This document shows positions 55,701 through 63,445 of a stretch of DNA of 64,000 bases, in pieces. The stretch covers positions 67,998 to 131,997 of the forward strand of contig WKFN01000012.1 of the NCBI GenBank assembly GCA_014872805.1. The letters are read 5' to 3'. Numbering within the stretch: the stretch's first letter is position 1; each line of letters opens with the position of its first letter. The DNA comes from Alteromonadaceae bacterium. Lineage in GTDB: Bacteria; Pseudomonadota; Gammaproteobacteria; Enterobacterales; Alteromonadaceae. Below the pieces are notes generated by a model that was given only the letters and a program-made list of their open reading frames with translations, had not been told where the DNA came from and searched no databases. The position numbers were made by a program, and so were the translations under genes.

Positions 55701-55746
55701 GATAGTGAACAGATAAAGCTTCTTGAGGGTCGAGTACCGGTAACAT
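52723..55746 (-). CDS. ydiJ: FAD-linked oxidase fused to Fe-S/CCG domains (YdiJ family, 1007 aa)
   Basis: N-terminal FAD-binding PCMH domain (ARGGGTGTNGQS), central 2x CxxCxxC...C ferredoxin-like motifs (CLACKSCSSQCP), and C-terminal CCG-type Cys motifs (GCCGMAG). Size and architecture match E. coli YdiJ. Confidence 0.88.
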   Translation of the reverse strand: MLPVLDPQEALSVHYQDYLDALRASDFTGDIETAYSSRFAMATDNSIYQKLPQAVVYPKSVNDLSIIGRVANDFPEVVFSARGGGTGTNGQSLTSGIIVETARYMNQILEINAEERWVRVQSGVVKDALNDALRPFGFFFAPDLSTSNRATIGGMINTDASGQGSLVYGKTSDHILGLTSVLVNGDVLHTKPTSIDDCLAHAQSSYAQISEQIQTSCVAKRDQILAKFPRLNRFLTGYDLEHAYIPEQQQFDISRLIAGSEGSLAFVAEAKLNITPIAKHKALVNIKYNSFESALRHAPKMVEAEATSVETVDSKVLNLAKADIIWHSVSDLIQDVPNSELLGLNMVEYNSEDETEITTKITALEARLQAEIESGETGVIGFQVTYDVADIQKIYAMRKKAVGLLGKTDGAKKPIAFAEDTAVPPENLADFIIEFRDLLDSHKLDYGMFGHVDAGVLHVRPALDMNDPQQEVLLKQISDQVVALVAKYGGLMWGEHGKGYRSEYAPEFFGEELYTELRKIKAVFDPLNKMNPGKICTPYKSDAELVKVSDTKRGAFDRTIPVVLKEEYEPAMSCNGNGLCFNYDTTSPMCPSFKITAERRHSPKGRAGMIREWLRLLEKQGVDTNSLDATQGTTSWLSRLINTNSAQSKGDFSHEVMQVMDECLACKSCSSQCPVGVDVPDFRAKFIALYYQRYSRPVKDYLVANIERMAPWLAKIAPLHNAVMRSRLVQWALRESVGYVDAPLLSTPTLKKRVSTKFDMSALQQLSHVQKAQTVLIVQDPFTSFYDAQVVEDFVLLAQKLGFNPVLLPFNPNGKPQHVKGFLAEFATTAKSTAAFLNDIASLNIPMVGVDASLLLVYRDEYTKTLGAKRGEFSVLAVHEWLVQHAASAIVKNQAQSEHELALFTHCTEKTALPTSEKQWQKIFADAGLELGIVSVGCCGMAGTYGHEVVHLHNSKGIYDLSWRDAIARFAPEQRAVTGYSCRSQVARYSDGKPRHPLQILLNSLLE

Positions 55747-55783
55747 GTTGACTCTTTAGTCATAATTCATGTGCGCAAGTATA

Positions 55784-55817
55784 CAAAAAAGCCCTGAAAG
55801 ATGCATCAATCAGGGCT
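55784..55817 (-). terminator. Terminator after ppsA
   Basis: The minus strand reads AGCCCTGA-ttgatgcatctt-TCAGGGCT followed by TTTTTT. Plus-strand stem arms are 55790-55797 / 55810-55817, with the A-run at 55785-55790. Confidence 0.85.
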
Positions 55818-55843
55818 CAAATTACTCAATATCCAGGTGTAAA

Positions 55844-58228
55844 TTAAGCGTATTTCTCCGCTAGGTACAACCATGTTTCGACAACTGTGTCAGGATTCAG
55901 TGACACACTATCGATACCTTGCTCAACTAGCCAAGCTGCAAGGTCTTCATGGTCAGATGGGCCTTGGCCACAAATCCCCACGTATTTACCGCGTCTCTTG
56001 GCGGCTTGGATGGCCATCGCGAGAAGTTTTTTGACCGCAGTGTTGCGTTCATCAAATAAATGAGCAATTAAACCAGAATCGCGATCCAATCCCAACGTCA
56101 ATTGAGTTAAGTCGTTAGAGCCAATTGAGAACCCATCAAAAATGTCTAAAAATTCATCAGCTAATAACGCATTTGACGGTAATTCACACATCATAATAAC
56201 GCGTAAGCCATTTTCGCCTTGCACCAAACCTTCTTCGCGCAATAAGTCGATGACTTGTTGACCTTCTTCCAATGTGCGCACAAACGGGATCATGATTTCG
56301 ACATTGGTTAATCCCATATCATTGCGCACGCGTTTAATGGCTTCACATTCTAACGCAAAACAATCGCGGAAATCCTCCGAAATATAACGTGACGCACCAC
56401 GGAAACCGAGCATTGGATTTTCTTCGTCTGGCTCGTATTGATAACCACCGACCAGGTTAAAGTATTCGTTCGATTTAAAATCTGACATTCGTACGATGAC
56501 TTTTTCAGGCGCGAACGCCGCACCGATCGAACTGATGCCTTCCACGAGTTTTTGAATATAGAACTCTTTTGGCGAAGCATAACCGGCAATCATCTCGGCA
56601 ATTTCGGTTTTCAAATCATCGGGTTGTTCGTCAAAGTTTAAGAGGGCTTTAGGATGCACACCAATCATGCGGTTGATGATAAACTCTAGACGTGCAAGAC
56701 CGACACCTGCATGTGGTAAACGCGCAAAATCAAACGCGCGATCAGGGTTACCCACATTCATCATGATCTTCAATGGTAAATCAGGCATCGAATCGATGCG
56801 TGACGTTACCACGTCAAAGTTTAGTTCTTCTGAATAAATGAAACCAGTATCCCCTTCAGCACAGGATACAGTGACTTTGTCACCCGTATTGATGCTAGAC
56901 GTCGCATCGCCACATCCAACAACAGCCGGAATACCTAACTCACGAGCAATGATGGCAGCATGACAAGTACGTCCACCCCGGTTGGTGACGATAGCTGAGG
57001 CTCGTTTCATGATCGGCTCCCAATCAGGGTCGGTCATATCGGTAACCAGCACATCACCCGGCTCAATTTTGTCCATTTCAGCAATAGAGCTAAGTACTTT
57101 TGCAGTGCCTGCACCAATCTTGTGACCAATCGCACGACCGGTACAAACTGTCGGGGCATTGCCATCGAGTTGATAGCGTTCAATGACTTGTGCATCTTCA
57201 CGTGAGCGTACAGTTTCTGGGCGGGCTTGTACTATGTATAACTTCCCATCTGTGCCGTCTTTGGCCCACTCAATGTCCATCGCTCGGCCGTAGTGCTCAG
57301 CGATAATCACGGCTTGCTTCGCTAATTCTTCTACTTCAGCATCGGTAATAGAAAATGTCAAAGACTGTTCTTTTGGCACATCCACAATCTCGACTTGCTT
57401 ACCGTGTTCTTGCGACGTCGAGTAAATCATCTGCGTAAGTTTACTGCCTAAGTTACGACGCAATACCGCAGGACGCCCCGCCGCTAGAGTGGGTTTGTGA
57501 ACATAAAATTCATCTGGATTGACCGCACCTTGAACAACCATCTCACCTAAGCCAAAACTAGAGGTGATAAACACTACATCTTCGAAACCAGATTCAGTAT
57601 CAATCGAGAACATGACACCAGAAGCGGCTTTATCCGAACGCACCATGCGTTGAATGCCAGCAGATAAGGCTACGCCTTTGTGGTCATAACCTTGGTGCAC
57701 ACGATAGCTGATGGCACGGTCATTAAATAACGATGCGAATACATGTTTAATCGCGACTAATACGGCTTCATAGCCTTTTACATTCAGAAATGTTTCTTGC
57801 TGGCCAGCAAATGATGCATCAGGCATATCTTCTGCAGTCGCAGATGAACGCACAGCAAATGAAGCGGCGTCGCCAGCATCGCCTGAAAGCTCAGCAAACG
57901 AATCGGCAATGGCTGTTTCTAAAGCTGGCTGGAATGGTGTATCGATGATCCACTGTCGAATTTGCTCGCCGGCTTTAGCTAGCGCGTTGACATCATCGAC
58001 GTCCAACGCATCGAGCACTTCATGAATACGAGCTTCTAAACCACTCTGCTCTAAAAATTCATTAAACGCATACGAGGTTGTTGCAAAACCACCCGGTACC
58101 TGCACGCCAGCATTGGCTAAATTCGAGATCATTTCACCAAGAGAAGCGTTTTTGCCCCCTACTCGGTTAACATCATGCATACCTAATTGTTGATACCATA
58201 GAACGTATTCTTGCGCTTGTTCTTGCAC
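55844..58228 (-). CDS. ppsA: Phosphoenolpyruvate synthase
   Basis: Colinear with E. coli PpsA ([25 protein letters not shown], phospho-His block [30 protein letters not shown]). GTG start with GGAGG 7 nt upstream. Confidence 0.97.
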   Translation of the reverse strand: MQEQAQEYVLWYQQLGMHDVNRVGGKNASLGEMISNLANAGVQVPGGFATTSYAFNEFLEQSGLEARIHEVLDALDVDDVNALAKAGEQIRQWIIDTPFQPALETAIADSFAELSGDAGDAASFAVRSSATAEDMPDASFAGQQETFLNVKGYEAVLVAIKHVFASLFNDRAISYRVHQGYDHKGVALSAGIQRMVRSDKAASGVMFSIDTESGFEDVVFITSSFGLGEMVVQGAVNPDEFYVHKPTLAAGRPAVLRRNLGSKLTQMIYSTSQEHGKQVEIVDVPKEQSLTFSITDAEVEELAKQAVIIAEHYGRAMDIEWAKDGTDGKLYIVQARPETVRSREDAQVIERYQLDGNAPTVCTGRAIGHKIGAGTAKVLSSIAEMDKIEPGDVLVTDMTDPDWEPIMKRASAIVTNRGGRTCHAAIIARELGIPAVVGCGDATSSINTGDKVTVSCAEGDTGFIYSEELNFDVVTSRIDSMPDLPLKIMMNVGNPDRAFDFARLPHAGVGLARLEFIINRMIGVHPKALLNFDEQPDDLKTEIAEMIAGYASPKEFYIQKLVEGISSIGAAFAPEKVIVRMSDFKSNEYFNLVGGYQYEPDEENPMLGFRGASRYISEDFRDCFALECEAIKRVRNDMGLTNVEIMIPFVRTLEEGQQVIDLLREEGLVQGENGLRVIMMCELPSNALLADEFLDIFDGFSIGSNDLTQLTLGLDRDSGLIAHLFDERNTAVKKLLAMAIQAAKRRGKYVGICGQGPSDHEDLAAWLVEQGIDSVSLNPDTVVETWLYLAEKYA

Positions 58229-58364
58229 TTGCGAGCCTCCAGCCGTATTGTGTAATAGCTTAATGGGTTATCGACATTAATTACTGCCTGTTTAAAACTT
58301 AACCGAAAAAGCAAAATAGCATTGTAAAATGCTGACTATAAATTTGTAAAATTTAATTGTAATC

Positions 58365-58379
58365 CGTAATAAAATTACA
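58365..58379. promoter_or_regulatory. HexR-type operator candidate (CGTAATAAAATTACA) between ppsA and ppsR
   Basis: It has the same core as the other sites. It is preceded by TGTAA-type half-sites at 58323, 58345 and 58358. Confidence 0.6.
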
Positions 58380-58398
58380 AGATTGTTAAGGAGTTGTG

Positions 58399-59211
58399 AT
58401 GCGCGCAGCCTATTATATTTCCGATGGCACAGCCATTACTTCAGAAGTTTTTGGCCATGCTTTGCTGTCTTTATTCCCGATTGAGTTCAATCACATCACG
58501 ATCCCTTTTGTCGAAACTGAACAACATGCAAATGAAGTGTTAAAGCAAATATCTGTAAGTTTTCAAGAAACAAACCAGCGTCCGTTGGTTTTTTACACAA
58601 TCGTTAACAGCGACATTCGTCATATTATTGCCAACTCAGTTGGCATCAATTACAACTTTTTAGACCAATTTGTGGCCCCACTTGAAAAGATCCTTGGGGT
58701 ACCATCAAAGCCAGAAAAACATCGTACTCACAGCATCCATGAAACGACATACGACATTCGTATTGAAGCGGTCAACTATGCATTGACTAATGACGATGGT
58801 GCAAATTTACAGAATTATGCAGATGCGGATATTATATTGGTTGGTGTGTCGCGCTCAGGCAAAACTCCAACGAGTCTTTATTTGGCATTACAATACGGCA
58901 TCAAAGCGGCTAATTATCCTTTTACCGAAGAAGATATGGGAGACATGATTAAACTCAATCCTGCTTTGCGCCGATATAAGCACAAGATTTTTGGCTTAAC
59001 TATTGCGGCCGAGCGCTTACATCAAATACGATCAGAACGCAGAGCCAACTCCAAATATGCCTCAATGCAACAATGTCGTATGGAATTGAGAGAAGTGGAA
59101 AACTTATACCGTAAAGAAAGGATCCCTTTTCTCAACAGTACCAAATTTTCGATTGAAGAGATTTCGGCTAAAATTTTGGCCACAACGGGACTGAAGCGTC
59201 GAAAGTATTAA
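58399..59211 (+). CDS. ppsR: PEP synthase regulatory kinase/pyrophosphorylase PpsR (YdiA)
   Basis: YISDGTAIT N-terminus and the P-loop GVSRSGKTPTSLYLA. It is divergent from ppsA. The ATG at 58399 has AAGGAG 5 nt upstream; the GTG at 58396 is the ORF-track start. Confidence 0.93.
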   Translation: MRAAYYISDGTAITSEVFGHALLSLFPIEFNHITIPFVETEQHANEVLKQISVSFQETNQRPLVFYTIVNSDIRHIIANSVGINYNFLDQFVAPLEKILGVPSKPEKHRTHSIHETTYDIRIEAVNYALTNDDGANLQNYADADIILVGVSRSGKTPTSLYLALQYGIKAANYPFTEEDMGDMIKLNPALRRYKHKIFGLTIAAERLHQIRSERRANSKYASMQQCRMELREVENLYRKERIPFLNSTKFSIEEISAKILATTGLKRRKY

Positions 59212-59543
59212 TCTTTGGCTAACGGTCTGCCGCCGGTCACTTTATTGGCTCGACCTTCGGCTTTAGCCTTCTCTGCGCGCAGACGACGAACTTCTTTGGG
59301 ATCAGCAATCAGTGGGCGATATATTTCAATGCGATCACCGTCCTTTACCATATCATTGAGACGACAGGCACGATTCCAAATCCCGACTTTGTTCTCGGAT
59401 AAATCGATTTCAGGAAAAATGTGCTGAATATTAGATTGAGTAATACATTGCTCAACTGAAGTCTCAGCAGGTACTTCAACGGTGACGATTTCTTGTTTAT
59501 CTGGAGTGCCATAAACGACTTCAACCGAACACAATTTCTGCAT
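59208..59543 (-). CDS. rnfH: RnfH family ubiquitin-fold protein (YfjF/RatB)
   Basis: VEVVYxxPxxQ...VGIxxRxxxLxDxVxDGDRIEIYRPLxxDPKExRRxRA pattern. Its start overlaps the ratA stop (TAATG). Confidence 0.88.
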   Translation of the reverse strand: MQKLCSVEVVYGTPDKQEIVTVEVPAETSVEQCITQSNIQHIFPEIDLSENKVGIWNRACRLNDMVKDGDRIEIYRPLIADPKEVRRLRAEKAKAEGRANKVTGGRPLAKD

Positions 59544-59989
59544 TATGCATTTCCTTCCGCTAAGGCTTTTTGTTTAGCTCGAGTGATAAACGCACTGACC
59601 ATTGCATTGGCTAGTTGGGTAAACATTTTGCCAAATGCCATGGCGATAAGTTTATTTTTGAATTCAAATGTCAAATTCAACTCAACCTTACATGCGTGCT
59701 CATCGAGTTCAGTAAATGTCCATCCACCGCTCAAAGATTTGAACGGCCCATCGGCGAGTTGCATCTTGATTGCACGGTTGGGCTCAAGGCTATTGAGGGT
59801 CGTAAAAGTGTGTTTGATGCCCGCCTTTGCAATGTGCATGGAAGCTTTCATATGTGACTCATCAGCCGAATGCACCTCTGTGCCTACACAACCTGGTAAA
59901 AACTCGGGATACGCGTGAACATCATTGACTAGGTCATACATTGTCTGAGCACTGTAGGGAACCAGTGCGCTTTTGTTTACGTCAGCCAT
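59543..59989 (-). CDS. ratA: SRPBCC/START-fold protein RatA (PasT/YfjG; Coq10-like)
   Basis: 148 aa with the YPEFLPxC motif. It is divergent from smpB as in E. coli. Confidence 0.88.
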   Translation of the reverse strand: MADVNKSALVPYSAQTMYDLVNDVHAYPEFLPGCVGTEVHSADESHMKASMHIAKAGIKHTFTTLNSLEPNRAIKMQLADGPFKSLSGGWTFTELDEHACKVELNLTFEFKNKLIAMAFGKMFTQLANAMVSAFITRAKQKALAEGNA

Positions 59990-60100
59990 AACACCTCAAA
60001 CTTAAATATCATGCAAATAATAACATAACCCTTCTCTTTAAACGCAAAAAAATATCCCCATATCGCTATACACATTGCAAAATACCGATATACTAACTGG

Positions 60101-60571
60101 ATGAAAAAGAAGTCAAATCCCAGCACCACCATTGCGCTCAACAAAAAAGCGCGCCATGAATATTCTTATATAGATAAATATGAAGCCGGCATGGAATTAC
60201 AAGGGTGGGAAGTAAAAAGTATTCGCTCTGGTAAGGTCAATTTAGTTGACGCGTATGTGTTTATTCGTGATGGCCAAGCCTATGTGTCAAATATCAATAT
60301 TACGCCACTCAATGAAGCCTCGACTCATGTGATATGCGATCCCAGACGCGTGCGTCGACTGTTGCTCAAACGTCGCGAGTTAGACCAACTCATTGGCGCA
60401 GTAGAACGTGATGGTCACACGATTGTCGCCACTGCGATGTATTGGCATAAATGCTGGGTAAAACTCGAAATTCAACTTGCTCGAGGGAAGCAGTCACACG
60501 ACAAACGCGATGCCATCAAAGACCGCGACTGGGCACGTCAAAAAGAACGCATGATGAAGCACAAAGCTTAA
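60101..60571 (+). CDS. smpB: SsrA-binding protein SmpB
   Basis: Colinear with E. coli SmpB ([11 protein letters not shown], GWEVKSxRxGK, THVxCDPxRxRxLLLxxREL, GKxxHDKR). Confidence 0.97.
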   Translation: MKKKSNPSTTIALNKKARHEYSYIDKYEAGMELQGWEVKSIRSGKVNLVDAYVFIRDGQAYVSNINITPLNEASTHVICDPRRVRRLLLKRRELDQLIGAVERDGHTIVATAMYWHKCWVKLEIQLARGKQSHDKRDAIKDRDWARQKERMMKHKA

Positions 60572-61212
60572 TCTAGCTCGGTATAGTCGATAAGTATTTT
60601 TTCTGCTTCGCTGTAATCTTGATTTGCTGTGTTGAGACCCGGCATAGCATAACAAGTGACGCCAGCAGCAACGGCAGCGATCACTCCTGATGCACTGTCT
60701 TCAATTGCAACACAATTACTCTGTATCGCGCACAGCTCACTGAGTACATAGTCGTATATATCTGGAGCCGGTTTGGGCTGTTCGACATCTGTTTTCGAGG
60801 CGATTACCGCGAACTGATTGAGCGGGATATTGCAAGCATCTAGTAATCCATAAATGTTTTCAAGGGATGTGGTACTGGCAATGGCAAAACGCACTTCTTT
60901 AGTTTCCAAACGAGAAAACAAATTAACGAGTCCAGTTCGTGGTTCTATGGTCTGTTCAGATAAAGCTTGCAAATAAAAACGAGACTTTAAGGTGTGGACT
61001 ATTTCAGCATAGTTAACGAGTTTGGGATCTTGATTGACTAAAAACTCTGTCAGGCGATTCTTGCCACCTGGCGAGTTTAGCATTTTTTGATACTCAGCCT
61101 GACTCCATTCCCAAGGTAAGCCAATCTCTGATAATGCACGATTAAATGCCGCCCGGTGAATTTCAGAGGTTTCTGCAATGACCCCCAAGCCACCAAAAAT
61201 AATCGTCCGCAT
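60568..61212 (-). CDS. HAD-superfamily, CbbY-like protein with degenerate motif I (predicted non-catalytic as a phosphatase)
   Basis: [23 protein letters not shown]...GLPWEW...GGKNR parallels the CbbY pattern IFDVDGTLAETE..HR.AFN...GL.W.W...GGKER. Motifs II (IASTTS), III (KPAPDIY) and IV (IEDSASG) are present, but the two motif-I Asp are Gly and Leu. Confidence 0.8.
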   Translation of the reverse strand: MRTIIFGGLGVIAETSEIHRAAFNRALSEIGLPWEWSQAEYQKMLNSPGGKNRLTEFLVNQDPKLVNYAEIVHTLKSRFYLQALSEQTIEPRTGLVNLFSRLETKEVRFAIASTTSLENIYGLLDACNIPLNQFAVIASKTDVEQPKPAPDIYDYVLSELCAIQSNCVAIEDSASGVIAAVAAGVTCYAMPGLNTANQDYSEAEKILIDYTELD

Positions 61213-61385
61213 AATATGTAAAGCCTAACTAATAAATGAATATATTTACTTATACTTATATATAGCAGGAAAAGCCCATAACGATTTCATTTGAGAAAAT
61301 TATTTATGTTTTTTATCGCTTAATTAGGATAAAAGTTGTAAATTTAGCGATAATTCATTTTGCGAAATACACATAAGGACAAGTT

Positions 61386-62669
61386 ATGAAACTCGAATCC
61401 ATGGTCTTGCATCACGCTTACAAATCTGACCCAACGACTAAAGCAGCAGCCGTGCCAATCTACCAAACCACATCTTACACGTTTGATGACACCCAACACG
61501 GTGCTGATCTCTTTGACTTAAAAGTTGCTGGTAATATCTATACTCGAATTATGAATCCAACCACAGCCGTATTAGAAGAACGCATGGCGGCTTTAGAGGG
61601 TGGGATAGGTGCATTATGCGTTGCTTCAGGTATGGCTGCCATTACCTATGCGGTTGAAGCCATTACTCATGTTGGCGCGAACATCATCTCGACCAGTCAA
61701 CTATATGGCGGTACTTATAATTTGTTTGCTCATACCCTACCACGCCAGGGTGTTGAAGTACGTATGGCATCTTTTGATGATCTGAATACATTAGATGCCT
61801 TGTTTGACGAGAATACAAAAGCCGTTTTTTGTGAGTCCATCGGTAATCCTGCCGGGAACGTTGTTGACTTACAAGCGCTTAGTGAGATTGCGCATAAACA
61901 CGGTGTGCCATTAATAGTGGATAACACTGTAGCAACACCCGCACTGATTCGTCCGTTTGAGCACGGTGCCGATATCGTGATTCATTCTTTGACCAAATAC
62001 GTTGGTGGCCATGGCACAACCATTGGCGGTGTGATTGTTGACTCTGGCAAATTTGATTGGGTCGCCAATAAAGACCGTTTCCCAATGCTAAACGAACCCG
62101 ATCCGTCTTATCACGGTGTGGTGTATACCGAAGCACTTGGTCCTGCTGCATATATCGGCCGCTGTAGAGTGGTACCTTTGCGCAACACGGGCGCAGCCCT
62201 TTCGCCTCAAAATGCCTTCCAACTACTGCAGGGATTAGAAACTTTGCCATTGCGTATGGAGCGCCATTGTCAAAATGCACAAGCCCTAGCTGAATATTTA
62301 AGTGCTCATCCGCTAGTAAGCTGGGTCAACTACGCTGGGTTAGATAACAGTCCATATCACGCAACATGTCAAAAAATGTCTGGCGGTTTGGCTTCCGGAA
62401 TAATCAGCTTTGGCATCAAAGCCGATGATGCCAAAGTCGCTGGTGGCAAATTCATCGATGCATTACAAATGATCTTACGCTTAGTGAATATTGGTGATGC
62501 CAAGTCACTTGCTTGTCATCCTGCATCAACGACGCATCGTCAATTATCTCCTGAAGAACTTGCCTCCGCTGGGGTTTCAGAGGATCTAGTGCGCATTTCG
62601 GTGGGCATCGAACACATTGATGATATCATCGAAGATGTTGAACAGGCGCTGAAGGCCTCCCTAGCTTAA
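61386..62669 (+). CDS. metY: O-acetylhomoserine aminocarboxypropyltransferase/sulfhydrylase (PLP)
   Basis: PIYQTTSY, YTRIMNPT and the PLP-Lys block HSLTKYVGGHG. 427 aa. Confidence 0.92.
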   Translation: MKLESMVLHHAYKSDPTTKAAAVPIYQTTSYTFDDTQHGADLFDLKVAGNIYTRIMNPTTAVLEERMAALEGGIGALCVASGMAAITYAVEAITHVGANIISTSQLYGGTYNLFAHTLPRQGVEVRMASFDDLNTLDALFDENTKAVFCESIGNPAGNVVDLQALSEIAHKHGVPLIVDNTVATPALIRPFEHGADIVIHSLTKYVGGHGTTIGGVIVDSGKFDWVANKDRFPMLNEPDPSYHGVVYTEALGPAAYIGRCRVVPLRNTGAALSPQNAFQLLQGLETLPLRMERHCQNAQALAEYLSAHPLVSWVNYAGLDNSPYHATCQKMSGGLASGIISFGIKADDAKVAGGKFIDALQMILRLVNIGDAKSLACHPASTTHRQLSPEELASAGVSEDLVRISVGIEHIDDIIEDVEQALKASLA

Positions 62670-62683
62670 TAAAAACACTAGCC

Positions 62684-62735
62684 TCAAATGAGTTCTTTAC
62701 GCTATTATATGGCGAAAAATAAAGAACTCATTTGA
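62684..62735 (+). repeat. 16-bp perfect inverted repeat (long hairpin) between metY and the heptad-rich membrane protein gene
   Basis: TCAAATGAGTTCTTTA (62684-62699) and TAAAGAACTCATTTGA (62720-62735) with a 20-nt loop. The 3' arm ends 2 nt before the ATG at 62738. Confidence 0.8.
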
Positions 62736-62737
62736 TT

Positions 62738-63442
62738 ATGTCCAATCGCTCTGCAGATCATTTTTCCGAAATTCGACTAGAAGATAATGACCGTGTTGCG
62801 CCGCGTTCGCGACCGGCTTCACCTCCACCCACTTCCGAGTCGTCAAGCTCCTCTTTGACCCTAACAGCCTTTATTCTAGCCTTATTTGCGTCAGGCGTTG
62901 GCGGTTACTTGTACTATTTGCACACGCAAACAATAGCAAGCTTGGATGATGCACAAAACCGGATTGTAGAATTAGAAAATCAGCTCTCTGCCACAGGTGA
63001 AGAAATGGGTAGTTCGACGGTTGCCTTGCAAGCCAAACTTAAAGAGTTAGCAGCCAAAAGCGATGAACTCTGGGAACAAATGGATAAGCTTTGGGCATCG
63101 GCATGGCGTCGAAATCAAAAAGAGCTGCGCGATCTAGAAAAAGTCGTAGAAGACAATCGCACCAACTTGCAAAAAGGTCAAAATACTATCACCGCAAATG
63201 TGGCAAAGACGGACAAAGGACTTGATGCATTAGGTGTGGACATTAGTAGTTTGCGAAATGAATTACTGACTGTCAATCTTGAGATTGAATCAGTTAAGCA
63301 ATCTATATTGAGTAACCAAAGTTCAAACAACACAGTCAATGACAAAATTGCGATATTGGAACAACGCAATAATGCACTAAAGCAAAAGGTGACTAAGCTG
63401 GAACGCACGGTCTCGACTTTGCGTTTAACACCAACAAGCTAA
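62738..63442 (+). CDS. Hypothetical single-pass membrane protein with a Pro/Ser-rich N-terminus and a long heptad-rich (predicted coiled-coil) C-terminal part
   Basis: RSRPASPPPTSESSSSS, then a TM helix (LTLTAFILALFASGVGGYLYYL), then ~170 aa rich in heptad-like L/E/K/Q/N repeats. ATG at 62738 (TTG at 62732 is the ORF-track start). I recognise no family. Confidence 0.6.
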   Translation: MSNRSADHFSEIRLEDNDRVAPRSRPASPPPTSESSSSSLTLTAFILALFASGVGGYLYYLHTQTIASLDDAQNRIVELENQLSATGEEMGSSTVALQAKLKELAAKSDELWEQMDKLWASAWRRNQKELRDLEKVVEDNRTNLQKGQNTITANVAKTDKGLDALGVDISSLRNELLTVNLEIESVKQSILSNQSSNNTVNDKIAILEQRNNALKQKVTKLERTVSTLRLTPTS

Positions 63443-63445
63443 CCC

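Noticed and set aside
59208-59989. ratA-rnfH (ratA/ratB) as a toxin-antitoxin module
   Set aside because: This pair was historically annotated as a TA pair. It is a universally conserved housekeeping locus next to smpB. RatA is a START/Coq10-like protein and RnfH a ubiquitin-fold protein. Nothing in the sequence (size, order, mobile context) supports an addiction module.
60572-61385. Expected tmRNA gene (ssrA) downstream of smpB
   Set aside because: In E. coli and many gammaproteobacteria ssrA follows smpB directly. Here the smpB stop overlaps a convergent HAD-like CDS. Neither a GGGGCTGAT-type 5' end nor a tRNA-like 3' end (GGTTCGAATCC...CCACCA) is visible anywhere between 60572 and 61385 or in any other gap. 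I conclude that ssrA lies elsewhere in the genome.
61213-61385. SAM riboswitch or MetJ boxes upstream of metY
   Set aside because: The leader is very AT-rich with no conserved helices. I see no AGACGTCT-type MetJ repeats, so no call can be supported.
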